Origin: a virus
Lineage: Duplodnaviria; Caudoviricetes
Virus record (IMG/VR): IMGVR_UViG_3300036836_000002
Coordinates: 1 to 43,960 of that record
Length of the DNA stretch: 43,960 nt
Reading direction: 5' to 3' (one strand)
The stretch's first letter is position 1, and every line of letters starts with the position of its first letter. The notes under the pieces were generated by a model. It did no database searches and was not told where the DNA came from. It saw nothing but the letters and a program-made list of their open reading frames with translations. This document shows, in pieces, positions 34,972-43,960 of the stretch. The position numbers and the translations under genes were made by a program.

Positions 34972-35736
34972 ATGGAACGCACGATCTGCATAGGCTATGA
35001 CACCCCACATCCGCAGGCTTTCGCGGTCTGCAGGCATTCTCTGCGCCGGCACATGACACGCGAGATGCGCATCCTGGGCATCAGCTTGGCCGACATGCAG
35101 GCTCGAGGGCTATATACGCGCCAGGTCGAGCGGCGCACCTATCATGATGGCTCGAGCCATCTCTGGGACACGATCAGCGAAGCGCCGATGAGTACGGAAT
35201 TCGCCATTTCGCGCTTTCTGTCGCCCTTCCTGGCTGGCTGGGCCGAGGGCTGGGTGCTGTTCATGGATTGCGATATGCTCGCGCTCACGGACATCAACCG
35301 GCTGTGGGATTATCTCGATCCGCGCTATGCCCTGATGTGCGTGCAGCCGAATTATACCGACCCGCGCGTCACCAAGATGGACGGCCGCGCCCAGACGCAT
35401 TATCCGCGCAAGCTCTGGTCCTCGCTGATGGCGATCAACATGAGCCACGCGGCGAACAGCGCCTTGACGCTGCAGCTGATCAACTCCGTTCCCGGGCGCG
35501 ACCTTCATCGCTTCTGCTGGCTGCCCGATGCGCTGATCGGCGAACTGCCGGCGCAATGGAACTGGATGGAAGGCATCACCGATCCGCAGACGTCGCCGGC
35601 CATCGTGCACTATACGCACGGCGGCCCATGGCTGCGCGATTATCAGGGCGTGCAATTCGCCGACGAATGGTGCGCTGAACATGAGCTATGGATTCGCGGC
35701 GATACGCCGCCTTATGCAATGGAGCTATCGAGTTGA
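34972..35736 (+). CDS. Glycosyltransferase, GT-A fold (GT8-like)
   Basis: 'IGYD', 'STEFAISRF', DxD 'FMDCDML', 'YPRKLWSS', 'LHRF.W', 'HYT.GGPW'. Confidence 0.88.
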   Translation: MERTICIGYDTPHPQAFAVCRHSLRRHMTREMRILGISLADMQARGLYTRQVERRTYHDGSSHLWDTISEAPMSTEFAISRFLSPFLAGWAEGWVLFMDCDMLALTDINRLWDYLDPRYALMCVQPNYTDPRVTKMDGRAQTHYPRKLWSSLMAINMSHAANSALTLQLINSVPGRDLHRFCWLPDALIGELPAQWNWMEGITDPQTSPAIVHYTHGGPWLRDYQGVQFADEWCAEHELWIRGDTPPYAMELSS

Positions 35737-37046
35737 ACGGGCAGGCTGCACCCACCATCACGCCGGCTTACGCCGAGATGAACAGCGATCTGCATCGCGC
35801 TGATCCGCATTATGGGGCTGGCGCCCATCGCAAGCGAGACGCCCTTGTCGATGTCATGGGCGAATACGAGGCCGAAAGCGTGCTTGATTACGGCTGCGGA
35901 AAGGGGACGCTCGCGATCGCGCTGCCCGGCATCGATATCCGCGAGTATGATCCCGCCATTCCAGGGAAGGATGCGCGGCCGGAGCAAGCCGATGTCGTCG
36001 CTTGCTTGGATGTGCTCGAGCATGTCGAGCCCGAACTGCTCGACAACGTGCTGGCCGATATCCAGGGCCTGGCGCGCCGCGCCGTGTTTCTGACGATCGC
36101 CACGCGCCCATCAACGCAGACGCTCGCCGACGGCCGCAATGCGCATCTCATTCAGGAGGATGCGGAATGGTGGCGCGCCAGGCTCGAGCCGTTTTTCGCC
36201 ATCAAGGCCGAGCTCGTTGATGGCTTGGAATATTGCGTCGTGGCTCGGCCACTGCACGAGATTGGCCGCATTCACGGCGTGATGGCGGTTTCTCATGAGG
36301 ATCGATCGCGCCAAGTGGAAGAGAATTGCCCGCGCGTGATCAAGCGGCTGGCTGTCGAGGGCAGCGCACCGGCGCATGGCCGCGTCGCGCAGCTGATTTG
36401 CTTCGGCCCATCCCTGGTCGACACGATCATCGACGCCATCAACATGGCCGACGAACCCGGCGTCGACACTTTCACGGTGAGCGCGGCGCACAAGTTCTGC
36501 ATCGATCGCGGCCTGGTGCCTTATGCCCAGATCGATTGCGATCCTCGCCGGCACAAAGTCACCCAAATGGGTGAGGCTCACCCTGATGTGCGGTACTGGC
36601 TGGCGAGCTGCGTGCATCCGTCCTACATCGATCACGTCGCCGGCGGGAAGGAAACCGCGCTCTGGCATGCCTATAACGGCGAAGACAGCCATCGGCATCT
36701 GTTCACCGTCGAGCCGACCGCTCACATGGTGGTCGGGGGCGGCAGCGTCGGCTTGCGCGCCATCTCGCTGCTGTACGCCCTGGGATATCGGAAATTCGAC
36801 ATTCACGGGCTGGATTCGAGCTTCCGGGGCGAGATGCAGCACGCCGGCGAGCACCACGGCAAGCGCAAGCCAAAGGTCGAGGTTGCGCTGCCCGATGGGC
36901 GCAAGTTCGTCACCTCGCCTGCGCTCATCCTTTACTATCGCTATTTTTTCGACCAGCTTCAGCTAATGCACGGCGCAGAGATCTGTCTGCGTGGTGATGG
37001 TATGCTGCAGCACGCAATGAGGATCGCCAATGCAGGGCGCAATTGA
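35733..37046 (+). CDS. SAM methyltransferase fused to a DUF115/Maf (MptE-like) domain
   Basis: 'VLDYGCGKG', 'YDPAI', 'DVLEHVEP', then 'CFGPSL', 'DCDPR', 'LASCVHP', 'GGGSVGLRAI..LGYRKF.IHGLDSS'. Confidence 0.8.
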   Translation: MNGQAAPTITPAYAEMNSDLHRADPHYGAGAHRKRDALVDVMGEYEAESVLDYGCGKGTLAIALPGIDIREYDPAIPGKDARPEQADVVACLDVLEHVEPELLDNVLADIQGLARRAVFLTIATRPSTQTLADGRNAHLIQEDAEWWRARLEPFFAIKAELVDGLEYCVVARPLHEIGRIHGVMAVSHEDRSRQVEENCPRVIKRLAVEGSAPAHGRVAQLICFGPSLVDTIIDAINMADEPGVDTFTVSAAHKFCIDRGLVPYAQIDCDPRRHKVTQMGEAHPDVRYWLASCVHPSYIDHVAGGKETALWHAYNGEDSHRHLFTVEPTAHMVVGGGSVGLRAISLLYALGYRKFDIHGLDSSFRGEMQHAGEHHGKRKPKVEVALPDGRKFVTSPALILYYRYFFDQLQLMHGAEICLRGDGMLQHAMRIANAGRN

Positions 37047-37974
37047 GCTTATCGACGGCAAGCCGTCATACACGCTGGATGCCAAGGAATGGCGCGGCGA
37101 TGGCACGGAACGAATCGGATACGGAACCGGGCCGAAGCCGTTTGTGCAGTTCTACGCACGAGCGCTACCGCATGGCGCCGAGAGCCTGGCAGCCGGCCGC
37201 CCCGTGTTCAAGACGATCGTCTACATGAAGCTGCAGCACCCCGGCGAGCGCGATTTCATCGACCGGCCGGCGATGCGCGCCGACGCCAACAACTATCCCG
37301 CTGAGTATCGGCACTATTGCAGCGGCCGCGAGGACCGGCCGGACGGCTCGCCGCTCGAGCTGCTGTTCCCGAACCATCCCGACGTGGTCACGGTCCTGCA
37401 CTTCCATCGCATCTACAACGTCGAGCAGCTTGCCGTGCTGAACGACACCCAGATGCAGAATCTGGGCTTCGGCGGCTTCGAGTGGATGCAGAAGGCGCGA
37501 CGCTGGCTGGATGCCATGAAGCAAGGCGACAAGGGCTTCGCCGTGCTCGAGGAAGGCCAGCGCAAGCTACAGATCGAGAACGGGCGCCTGGCCGAACAGA
37601 ACAAGCAGCTGATCAGCCAGGTGCAGGCGCTGACGTCCCAGATCAGCAACCTGACGAATAGCCTGGCGCAAATGGGCGGCGTGATCCCCGGCATGGTGAC
37701 GCACGGCATGGCGCCGGGGGCCTCGGCGATGCCGATCGCGCAGCCGTCCTATCTGCAGTCGAACGGCTTTGCGTCGCCTGCGTCCGGCGAGATCGGCGCC
37801 GACGAGCACAAGCCGACGTCACGGCCGACAGATGCCGCCGCTCAGCTGATGCCGGTTGAAGATCTGATGCAGGGCGACACGTTCGCCGAGGATCTGGCGC
37901 CGGTTCCGGCGGCGATCGACCAGCAGAGCGAGACAACGGAACGCCGCGGGCCTGGTCGGCCTCGCCGCAATTAG
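37030..37974 (+). CDS. Conserved head-module hypothetical protein
   Basis: 'S.AAGRPVF', 'G.PLE', 'IYNVEQLA.L.D', coiled coil, terminal 'RGPGRPR'. Confidence 0.7.
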   Translation: MQGAIELIDGKPSYTLDAKEWRGDGTERIGYGTGPKPFVQFYARALPHGAESLAAGRPVFKTIVYMKLQHPGERDFIDRPAMRADANNYPAEYRHYCSGREDRPDGSPLELLFPNHPDVVTVLHFHRIYNVEQLAVLNDTQMQNLGFGGFEWMQKARRWLDAMKQGDKGFAVLEEGQRKLQIENGRLAEQNKQLISQVQALTSQISNLTNSLAQMGGVIPGMVTHGMAPGASAMPIAQPSYLQSNGFASPASGEIGADEHKPTSRPTDAAAQLMPVEDLMQGDTFAEDLAPVPAAIDQQSETTERRGPGRPRRN

Positions 37975-37986
37975 GAGGGGTAAGTA

Positions 37987-38379
37987 ATGGCTACGGCTAA
38001 CAATCTGATTGGCGTAGGCGTGCCGCCTGAGGTCGCCAAGCGCACTGGTTTTGTTCAGGTGGCCATCGCGACGACTGCCGCGACGCAAGGAACTGGCGCG
38101 CTGCGCGGTCCGGGAAACAAGCTGGTCTCCGCGACCTTCACCACAGCTGCCGATGCGGTGACGCTGCCGAGCGACGCTGAGATCGGCGATGAGATCGTCA
38201 TCTCCAACATCACAGCGAACGCGGGAGTAATCTTTCCGCCAAGCGGAGGAAACATCAACGGCGAGACAACTGACGAGCCAGTCGCTATGGCGGCGCAGGG
38301 CTCGGCTGGTAGTGTGCAGCGTTTCATGAAACTGAACGCAACACGCTGGGTTGCCTTCTCGAACATCGCGGCCGACTAA
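37987..38379 (+). CDS. Virion structural protein (putative)
   Basis: GGAGG RBS. 'AVTLP..AEIGD', 'IFPPSGGNING'. Confidence 0.65.
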   Translation: MATANNLIGVGVPPEVAKRTGFVQVAIATTAATQGTGALRGPGNKLVSATFTTAADAVTLPSDAEIGDEIVISNITANAGVIFPPSGGNINGETTDEPVAMAAQGSAGSVQRFMKLNATRWVAFSNIAAD

Positions 38380-38387
38380 GGAATTTC

Positions 38388-38762
38388 ATGACAACAGTTT
38401 TTGATCCAAACGGTACGCCGATCCCGATCTACAACAGATCCGGAAAAGCCATCGTGCCCATGTCAATTAATGCTACGGGCACCGATCCAAATACGCAGCT
38501 AACGCAAGTCGCAGAGGTGACAATCTTCGAGATTGATCATACCAATCCGACACCTGGCATGGGCAATCATGCGTTTACGCTGCCTGCCAATGCTGAAGTC
38601 GGAGACGAATGCTTCGTCGAGGTGTATGGCGGATATGGCGCCGATGTGGAGCCGTTCAGCGGTGACAGCATTTCGTCAGGCCAGTCGGCAAGCATCACAT
38701 CAGCGGCTATGGGACACTTCATCAAGGTCGATTCGAATCGCTGGCGAAAAGTCTCGCCATAA
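38388..38762 (+). CDS. Virion structural protein, paralogue of the upstream gene
   Basis: AAGGA RBS. 'AFTLP..AEVGD', 'FIKVDSNRW'. Confidence 0.65.
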   Translation: MTTVFDPNGTPIPIYNRSGKAIVPMSINATGTDPNTQLTQVAEVTIFEIDHTNPTPGMGNHAFTLPANAEVGDECFVEVYGGYGADVEPFSGDSISSGQSASITSAAMGHFIKVDSNRWRKVSP

Positions 38763-38771
38763 GGGACGGTC

Positions 38772-39752
38772 ATGGCGCAGGAACGCACGGCGATCGAGAT
38801 CCTGAACGCGATGGAGGATGAGCTGGGCCTGTCCCGCTCGACTTCCGTCGCGGCCACCACGACGATCGTGCGGCAGCGCATGGCGCACATCAACGCCACG
38901 CTCGAGGAGTGCCAGGCCTTCGGCGCATGGGCGGCACTCGAGAAAGAGGCGATTATCGAGTTCGGCGCGCCGACCGTGGCCAGCTGCACGCTGACGGCCG
39001 ACAGCGCGATCGTCACGACGGCGAGTACGGCATTCATCACGGCGAACAGCACGCCGGCCGATAGCTGGCTCGCCTATGGCGCTGGCGGCATTGGCAGCAG
39101 CGGCACGGTGCAACGCAATACGCGCATCGCATCCGTGACCAATGCCACGACCTTCGTCATGGACAAGACGGCCGACGCGAGCAGCGTTGAGGATTTGAGC
39201 TTCGTCCAAGACACCTTCGCCGTGCCGAGCGATTATCAGCGCTCGATTCCTCAGACCCATTGGGATGCCCGGCTGATGTGGTCGATGATCGGGCCGACCA
39301 GCTCGCAATTCGACGCATTCCAGCGCAATGGCATCGTCGGTCCGTTCCCGCGGCGCCAATTCCGCAACCAAGGCCGTGCGCCGGTCCGCTTCCGCATCTT
39401 CCCGCCGCCGACCGCGACGCAGGATTACCCGGGTACGCTGTCTTTCCGCTACATCACCAACGAGCCCGTCTTTACGCCGGCGAGCGTGACGAAGCGGTTT
39501 TTCACGGCGAACGACGATCAGACCATCATCCCCGATCGCCTCGTCATCCTCGGCGCGAAATGGCGCTGGCAGCAGGCCAAGGCCTTCGATTTCGGCCCAC
39601 TGCAAGAGGAATACTACAACTGGTTTGACGGCATGATTTCCGACGACAAGGGCGAAAGCGTCGTTCCGCTCGACGGTCGCGGCGACTTCGGTTTCCCCGA
39701 TCGCTATGGCTTCGGCTACAACATTCCCGATGGCGGCTTTCCAAGCACCTAG
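38772..39752 (+). CDS. Head-tail adaptor (tail tubular A-like) with inserted beta domain
   Basis: 'ELGL', 'W.AL.KE', 'VPSDY.R.I..THWD...W..IGP', 'FTA.DD...PDRL.ILG.KWRW..AK.FD'. Confidence 0.72.
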   Translation: MAQERTAIEILNAMEDELGLSRSTSVAATTTIVRQRMAHINATLEECQAFGAWAALEKEAIIEFGAPTVASCTLTADSAIVTTASTAFITANSTPADSWLAYGAGGIGSSGTVQRNTRIASVTNATTFVMDKTADASSVEDLSFVQDTFAVPSDYQRSIPQTHWDARLMWSMIGPTSSQFDAFQRNGIVGPFPRRQFRNQGRAPVRFRIFPPPTATQDYPGTLSFRYITNEPVFTPASVTKRFFTANDDQTIIPDRLVILGAKWRWQQAKAFDFGPLQEEYYNWFDGMISDDKGESVVPLDGRGDFGFPDRYGFGYNIPDGGFPST

Positions 39753-39760
39753 GGGGCGAC

Positions 39761-41215
39761 ATGACGGACGAGGTATTTTCCCCGCGCGGCTCGAGCCAAG
39801 TCATAGCGGTCACGCAGTCTGATCAGACCGTTGCCCTGCCGGCGCTATCCGGCGCCATTCCCGCAATTCGGCTGGTGTCGCTGTCATCCAGCATCGTCGT
39901 TCTGTGGATCAACCTCGGCAATAGCGGCGTAACTGGTAGCGTCACGACGTCGATGAAATGCGCCCAGGGCAGCGTCGGCCAGCCGCTCATCATTCCCGTG
40001 ACCGGCAGCCAGACGCATCTGTCGATCTTCTGCGAAGGCCAGCCGGGCGACGTGATCCTCACGCCCGGCGAGATCATGGCCAACCTCCCGGGAGCAACAG
40101 GGGCGACAGGGGCGACAGGGCCCTCTGGCGGCCCCACCGGCGCCACAGGCCCCACCGGAGCGACTGGCCCGACAGGTGCTACGGGGCCGGCGGGGGGGCC
40201 TACGGGAGCAACGGGGCCAACTGGTGCCACAGGTCCCGTGGGAGCAACAGGGCCAACTGGCGTCACCGGCCCCCAGGGTGCGAGCGCGGGCCTCACCTGG
40301 AACTTCGACAGTTCCACCACGACAAACGCCGATCCCGGCACCGGCGATATCCGCCTGAACAATGCGACCTTCGCCGACGTCACCCAGATCGCCATCGATG
40401 ATCAGTCCGCCGACAGCGGCAATCCCGATGTCTCGGCATGGGTGGCGGCGTGGGATGACAGCACCTCGACGCTGAAGGGCTATCTGCTGCTGAAGAAAAA
40501 GAGCGCTGAGCAGAATTTCGCGCAGTTTTCCATCTCGGCAATCACGGATCAGAGCGGCTATACCCAGATCGCCGTCGCGCATGTCGTCTCCAGCGGGTCG
40601 TTCTCGAATGCCGATCCGCTCGCGGTCACATTCAGCCGGACCGGCGATCTCGGAACCACAGGCGCTACGGGGCCCACGGGACCAACTGGGCCCGCCGGGG
40701 CCACTGGACCGACCGGGGTCACTGGTCCAACGGGCGTCACGGGCGCGACCGGGCCAACCGGACCAACAGGCGCAACTGGGCCCTCTGGCGGTCCTACGGG
40801 TGCGACCGGGCCCACGGGGCCGACTGGCCCCACCGGAGCCACGGGCGCGACGGGTCCGGCGACGGCTACGCTCACCTTCATCATCGATGGCGGCGGTTCG
40901 GCAATCACCACCGGCATCAAGGGCGACCTTGAAATACCCTTTGCCTGCACGATCACCGAGTGGACCCTGCTGGCCGATCAATCCGGCTCTATCGTGGTCG
41001 ACATCTGGAAGGATACCTATGCGAACTATCCACCCACGGTGGCCGACACCATCACCGCGAGCGCGAAACCCACGATCTCCTCTGCGACCAAGGGACAGAG
41101 CAGCACGCTGACCGGCTGGACGACATCCATTTCGGCGGGCGACACGCTGCGATTCAATGTGGACAGCATAACGACGATCACGCGGGTGACGATCTCGATC
41201 AAGGTTACACGGTAG
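39761..41215 (+). CDS. Collagen-like fibre protein
   Basis: Two Gly-X-Thr tracts (GAT/GPT/GVT) separating three globular domains. Confidence 0.9.
   Translation: MTDEVFSPRGSSQVIAVTQSDQTVALPALSGAIPAIRLVSLSSSIVVLWINLGNSGVTGSVTTSMKCAQGSVGQPLIIPVTGSQTHLSIFCEGQPGDVILTPGEIMANLPGATGATGATGPSGGPTGATGPTGATGPTGATGPAGGPTGATGPTGATGPVGATGPTGVTGPQGASAGLTWNFDSSTTTNADPGTGDIRLNNATFADVTQIAIDDQSADSGNPDVSAWVAAWDDSTSTLKGYLLLKKKSAEQNFAQFSISAITDQSGYTQIAVAHVVSSGSFSNADPLAVTFSRTGDLGTTGATGPTGPTGPAGATGPTGVTGPTGVTGATGPTGPTGATGPSGGPTGATGPTGPTGPTGATGATGPATATLTFIIDGGGSAITTGIKGDLEIPFACTITEWTLLADQSGSIVVDIWKDTYANYPPTVADTITASAKPTISSATKGQSSTLTGWTTSISAGDTLRFNVDSITTITRVTISIKVTR
40090..40862 (+). repeat. Collagen triplet repeat tracts (about 40090-40280 and 40652-40862)
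   Basis: 9-nt periodic GGN-(G/C)CN-ACN coding repeats. Confidence 0.85.
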
Positions 41216-41227
41216 CGGGGCTAAGCA

Positions 41228-41878
41228 ATGGCCATCACATTCGTCGGCTCCACTACGATTCAGAGCAATGGCTCACTCTCTTTGCCCGGCGGGATGCAGG
41301 AGAACGATATCGTCATTCTGCTGCAGGCATCGGATTCCGGGACGCCTGCGGTCCCCTCGGGCTATACCTCAATCTTTTCCGACGCGGGAGGCGCGCCGTC
41401 CTGCAGCATCTCCCGGAAATTCATGGGATCAACGCCGGATACGAGCGTTACAATCTCCGATTGGTCGGGAGCCAATCAGGAAGCGGCCATTGCTTATGTG
41501 ATGCGCGGCGTCAATACGACGACGCCAATTGATGTGGCCGCCGTAAGTGCGGCAAATGGGACGGGCAACCCCAATCCGCCAAGCACCTCAACCGTTACAG
41601 CCGGAGCGGCTGTTCTGGCTTGCGGATTTCTTGACGACGACAACGCGACAGTTTCCGCGCTCTCAGGATATAGCGATCTTGCTCAGGTTTTCACGAATGC
41701 AGCAGCCGGCGCGACCTGTACGCTGATGGTCTCGTGGAAAGAAATCGCTTCTCCTGGAGCTGAAGATCCGGGCACCTATTCGACAACAGGTGACGATGCC
41801 TGGGTGGGCGTGACGTTCGCTTTGCGTCCCGCTGCCGCTGCGCGTCCCACCTCGCAGGGATATGTGATCGGGGCATGA
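41228..41878 (+). CDS. Putative fibre-tip/adhesin protein
   Basis: 'MAITFVG', 'LP.G.Q.ND', 'RGVNTTTPIDV', 'NPPS..TVT.GA'. Follows the collagen fibre gene. Confidence 0.6.
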   Translation: MAITFVGSTTIQSNGSLSLPGGMQENDIVILLQASDSGTPAVPSGYTSIFSDAGGAPSCSISRKFMGSTPDTSVTISDWSGANQEAAIAYVMRGVNTTTPIDVAAVSAANGTGNPNPPSTSTVTAGAAVLACGFLDDDNATVSALSGYSDLAQVFTNAAAGATCTLMVSWKEIASPGAEDPGTYSTTGDDAWVGVTFALRPAAAARPTSQGYVIGA

Positions 41879-42987
41879 GCAAATTTCGTTTCCACATCGT
41901 CGGGCTCCCACACACCAGTGTAACGCTCGCCTACACTGCCTGCGCCTTCACCGAGAGGGTGCGGAAGTTCTGCAGCATGATGTATGGGCTTGGCCATGAG
42001 GTTTTCCTCTATGCCGGCCCGGACAAAACGGACGCGGATGTCACCGGGCATTTCACCTGCATCAGCGAAGCCGAGCGCGCAGCGGCGTGCGGCGGACGTC
42101 ATTTCGTGCATGCGAGCTTTGACAACACACTGCCGCATTGGCAGCGTTTCAACCAGAACGCCATCATCGGCATCGACGCGCACATCCAGCCGCACGACTT
42201 CATCTGCATCATCGGCGGCCTGGCGCATAAGCCTATCCTCGATGCTTTCCCTGCGCATATCGGCGTCGAGTTCAGCATCGGCTACGGCGGCAACTTCGCG
42301 AAATATCGCATCTGGGAAAGCTACGCCTGGATGCACACCTGCTACGGGGCACAAAGCGGCGGCGATCCGAATGCCATAGACGGCCGCTGGTTTGACACAG
42401 TGATCCCAGGCAGCTTCGACCCGGCAGATTTCCCCTTGTGCGATAAAGAAGACTACTGCGTGTTCTTGGGTCGCCTGACGCCGCGCAAGGGCATCGGCGT
42501 GGCGGTGGAGACCTGCCGCAGGCTGGGGATGCGTCTCGTCATAGCCGGACAGGGCGACCCGCCGGACTATGGCGAATATGTCGGCGTGGTCGGGCCGGAA
42601 GAGCGCGGTAAGTTGCTGGCCGGCGCGCGCGCTGCGTTCGTGTGCGCCAGCTATATTGAGCCGTTCGGCAATGCCGCCGTGGAAGCCCAGCTTTGCGGCA
42701 CGCCGGTGCTGGCCTCGCCATGGGGCGCGATGACGGAAACCGTCGAGGACGGAAAAACCGGATTTCTGTGCCACACGCTGAGAGAATTCATGGATGGTGT
42801 GCGGAGGGCCGGCGAGCTAGACCCGGACTATATTCGCGACAGGGCCATCAGGCTATATTCCACGGATGCGGTCGCCCGGCAGTATGCCCGGCACTTCAGG
42901 CGCTTGGAATCGCTATGGCGGGAAGGATGGTACGATGACGCGCCTTACAGCGACGCGCCGCAAGGGGGCGACTCGAGTCACGGCTGA
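41875..42987 (+). CDS. Glycosyltransferase, GT-B fold (GT4)
   Basis: 'FLGRLTPRKG', 'LVIAGQG', and EX7E 'EPFGNAAVEA..CGTPV', 'ETVEDGKTGF'. Confidence 0.92.
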   Translation: MSKFRFHIVGLPHTSVTLAYTACAFTERVRKFCSMMYGLGHEVFLYAGPDKTDADVTGHFTCISEAERAAACGGRHFVHASFDNTLPHWQRFNQNAIIGIDAHIQPHDFICIIGGLAHKPILDAFPAHIGVEFSIGYGGNFAKYRIWESYAWMHTCYGAQSGGDPNAIDGRWFDTVIPGSFDPADFPLCDKEDYCVFLGRLTPRKGIGVAVETCRRLGMRLVIAGQGDPPDYGEYVGVVGPEERGKLLAGARAAFVCASYIEPFGNAAVEAQLCGTPVLASPWGAMTETVEDGKTGFLCHTLREFMDGVRRAGELDPDYIRDRAIRLYSTDAVARQYARHFRRLESLWREGWYDDAPYSDAPQGGDSSHG

Positions 42988-43960
42988 GGCGCAGCAAAAG
43001 AAGCTGCCGACATCGATGCCCATGCCAATCCCGACCGGCGGCCTGGATGCCGTCTCGCCGCTCACCAGCATGCCGCCAGACCGGGCGATCGCGCTGGACA
43101 ACTGGTTTCCTCAGCTAGGCTATATCGAACTGCGCAAGGGATTTGCCTCGCACAGCAACACGGGCGAGACGGGGCAGCCGGTCGAAAGCCTGATGGTCTA
43201 CAATGCATCTGTCGGCGCTTCCGACAAGATGTTCGCCGCGGTGAATGGCAAGATTGAGGATGTTACGACGGGTACCGCGAGCGAGTCGCTGACCGGCCTC
43301 ACCAATGATCGCTGGCAATATATGAATTTCGCCACATCTGGCGGCAATTTCCTGATGATGGTCAACGGCGCCGATGGGCTGCGCCGCTTCGATGGGGCGG
43401 CCTGGGCAACCTCAAGTCTGACAGGCGTTTCTGGCGCCGACCTCATCCACATCGCCGCCTTTAAGAATCGCGTCTGGCTGGTCGAGAAAGACACCCTGGA
43501 TGCGTGGTTTTTGGCGCCCGACTCCATCCAGGGGCAGGCTTATCGATTCCCGCTAGGGGGCACCATGAAAATGGGCGGCTTCCTGATGGCCATCGCAACC
43601 TGGTCCCTCGACGGCGGTGATGGGCCCGATGATCGCATCGCTTTCATCTCGAGTAAGGGCGAGGTGGTTGTCTATGCCGGCACAGATCCGACGAATGCCG
43701 CGACCTGGGAACTGCAAGGCGTCTACACCATCGGCGCGCCGATCGGCAGGCGCTGCTGGTTCAAGGTCGGCGGCGATGTGGCTATCATCTGCATCGATGG
43801 CGTCGTGCCGCTATCAAAGGCGATGGTGGTCGAGCGCGGCGCCGCGCTCACCGTGGCGATCACCGCCAACATTCAGCCGCTGCTGAATTCAGACGCGCGC
43901 AATTTTCGCAACCTGTTCGGATGGGAGTTGATCAGCTACCCGCTCGGCACGCGCGCGATC
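42935..43960 (+). CDS. Tail nozzle / DNA stabilisation protein, N-terminal part (missing from the ORF track, continues to 694)
   Basis: MTRLTATRR...'PIPTGGLDAVSPLTSMPPDRAIALDNWFP...LRKG'. Runs off the window end in the frame of ORF 20..694. Confidence 0.8.
   Translation, partial: MTRLTATRRKGATRVTAEAQQKKLPTSMPMPIPTGGLDAVSPLTSMPPDRAIALDNWFPQLGYIELRKGFASHSNTGETGQPVESLMVYNASVGASDKMFAAVNGKIEDVTTGTASESLTGLTNDRWQYMNFATSGGNFLMMVNGADGLRRFDGAAWATSSLTGVSGADLIHIAAFKNRVWLVEKDTLDAWFLAPDSIQGQAYRFPLGGTMKMGGFLMAIATWSLDGGDGPDDRIAFISSKGEVVVYAGTDPTNAATWELQGVYTIGAPIGRRCWFKVGGDVAIICIDGVVPLSKAMVVERGAALTVAITANIQPLLNSDARNFRNLFGWELISYPLGTRAI
43834..43960. repeat. Terminal direct repeat, right copy
   Basis: Identical to 1-127. 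Confidence 0.95.

Noticed and set aside
43834-43960. Biological terminal repeat of the virion DNA
   Set aside because: 127 bp equals a common assembler k-mer and falls mid-gene, so it is best read as circular overlap.

Overview
Apparently complete, circular ~43.8 kb genome of a podovirus-like tailed phage. Bases 1-127 are repeated exactly at 43834-43960, so the unit length is 43,833 bp. GapR, GcrA and Omp25/RopB-type porin homologues point to an alphaproteobacterial host. Rightward late genes run terminase, portal, scaffold, major capsid, glycosyl/methyltransferases, adaptor, collagen fibre, nozzle, ejection proteins, tail fibre and lysis. A leftward early operon encodes YqaJ/RecT/RusA recombination, an exonuclease, Tad2-like DUF2829 and GapR. 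GcrA and a replication initiator with internal iterons run rightward. I recognised no integrase or classical repressor. The stand-out is a minus-strand unit at 12116-13530: its own promoter, a solo Cas7/RAMP-like gene, a coupled accessory gene, and a non-coding array of five units of (GGY-NN)n pentamers with AU-rich linkers. Reading only the NN dinucleotides and skipping every third target base, unit 5 matches the phage's own endolysin gene at 17/18 positions, in codon phase. This suggests an RNA-guided system with a non-contiguous, wobble-skipping code. Also notable: an alanine-identity tRNA-like RNA lacking a normal anticodon loop upstream of the porin gene, and a probable virion glycosylation module. 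All family assignments come from motif recognition by eye, not database searches.
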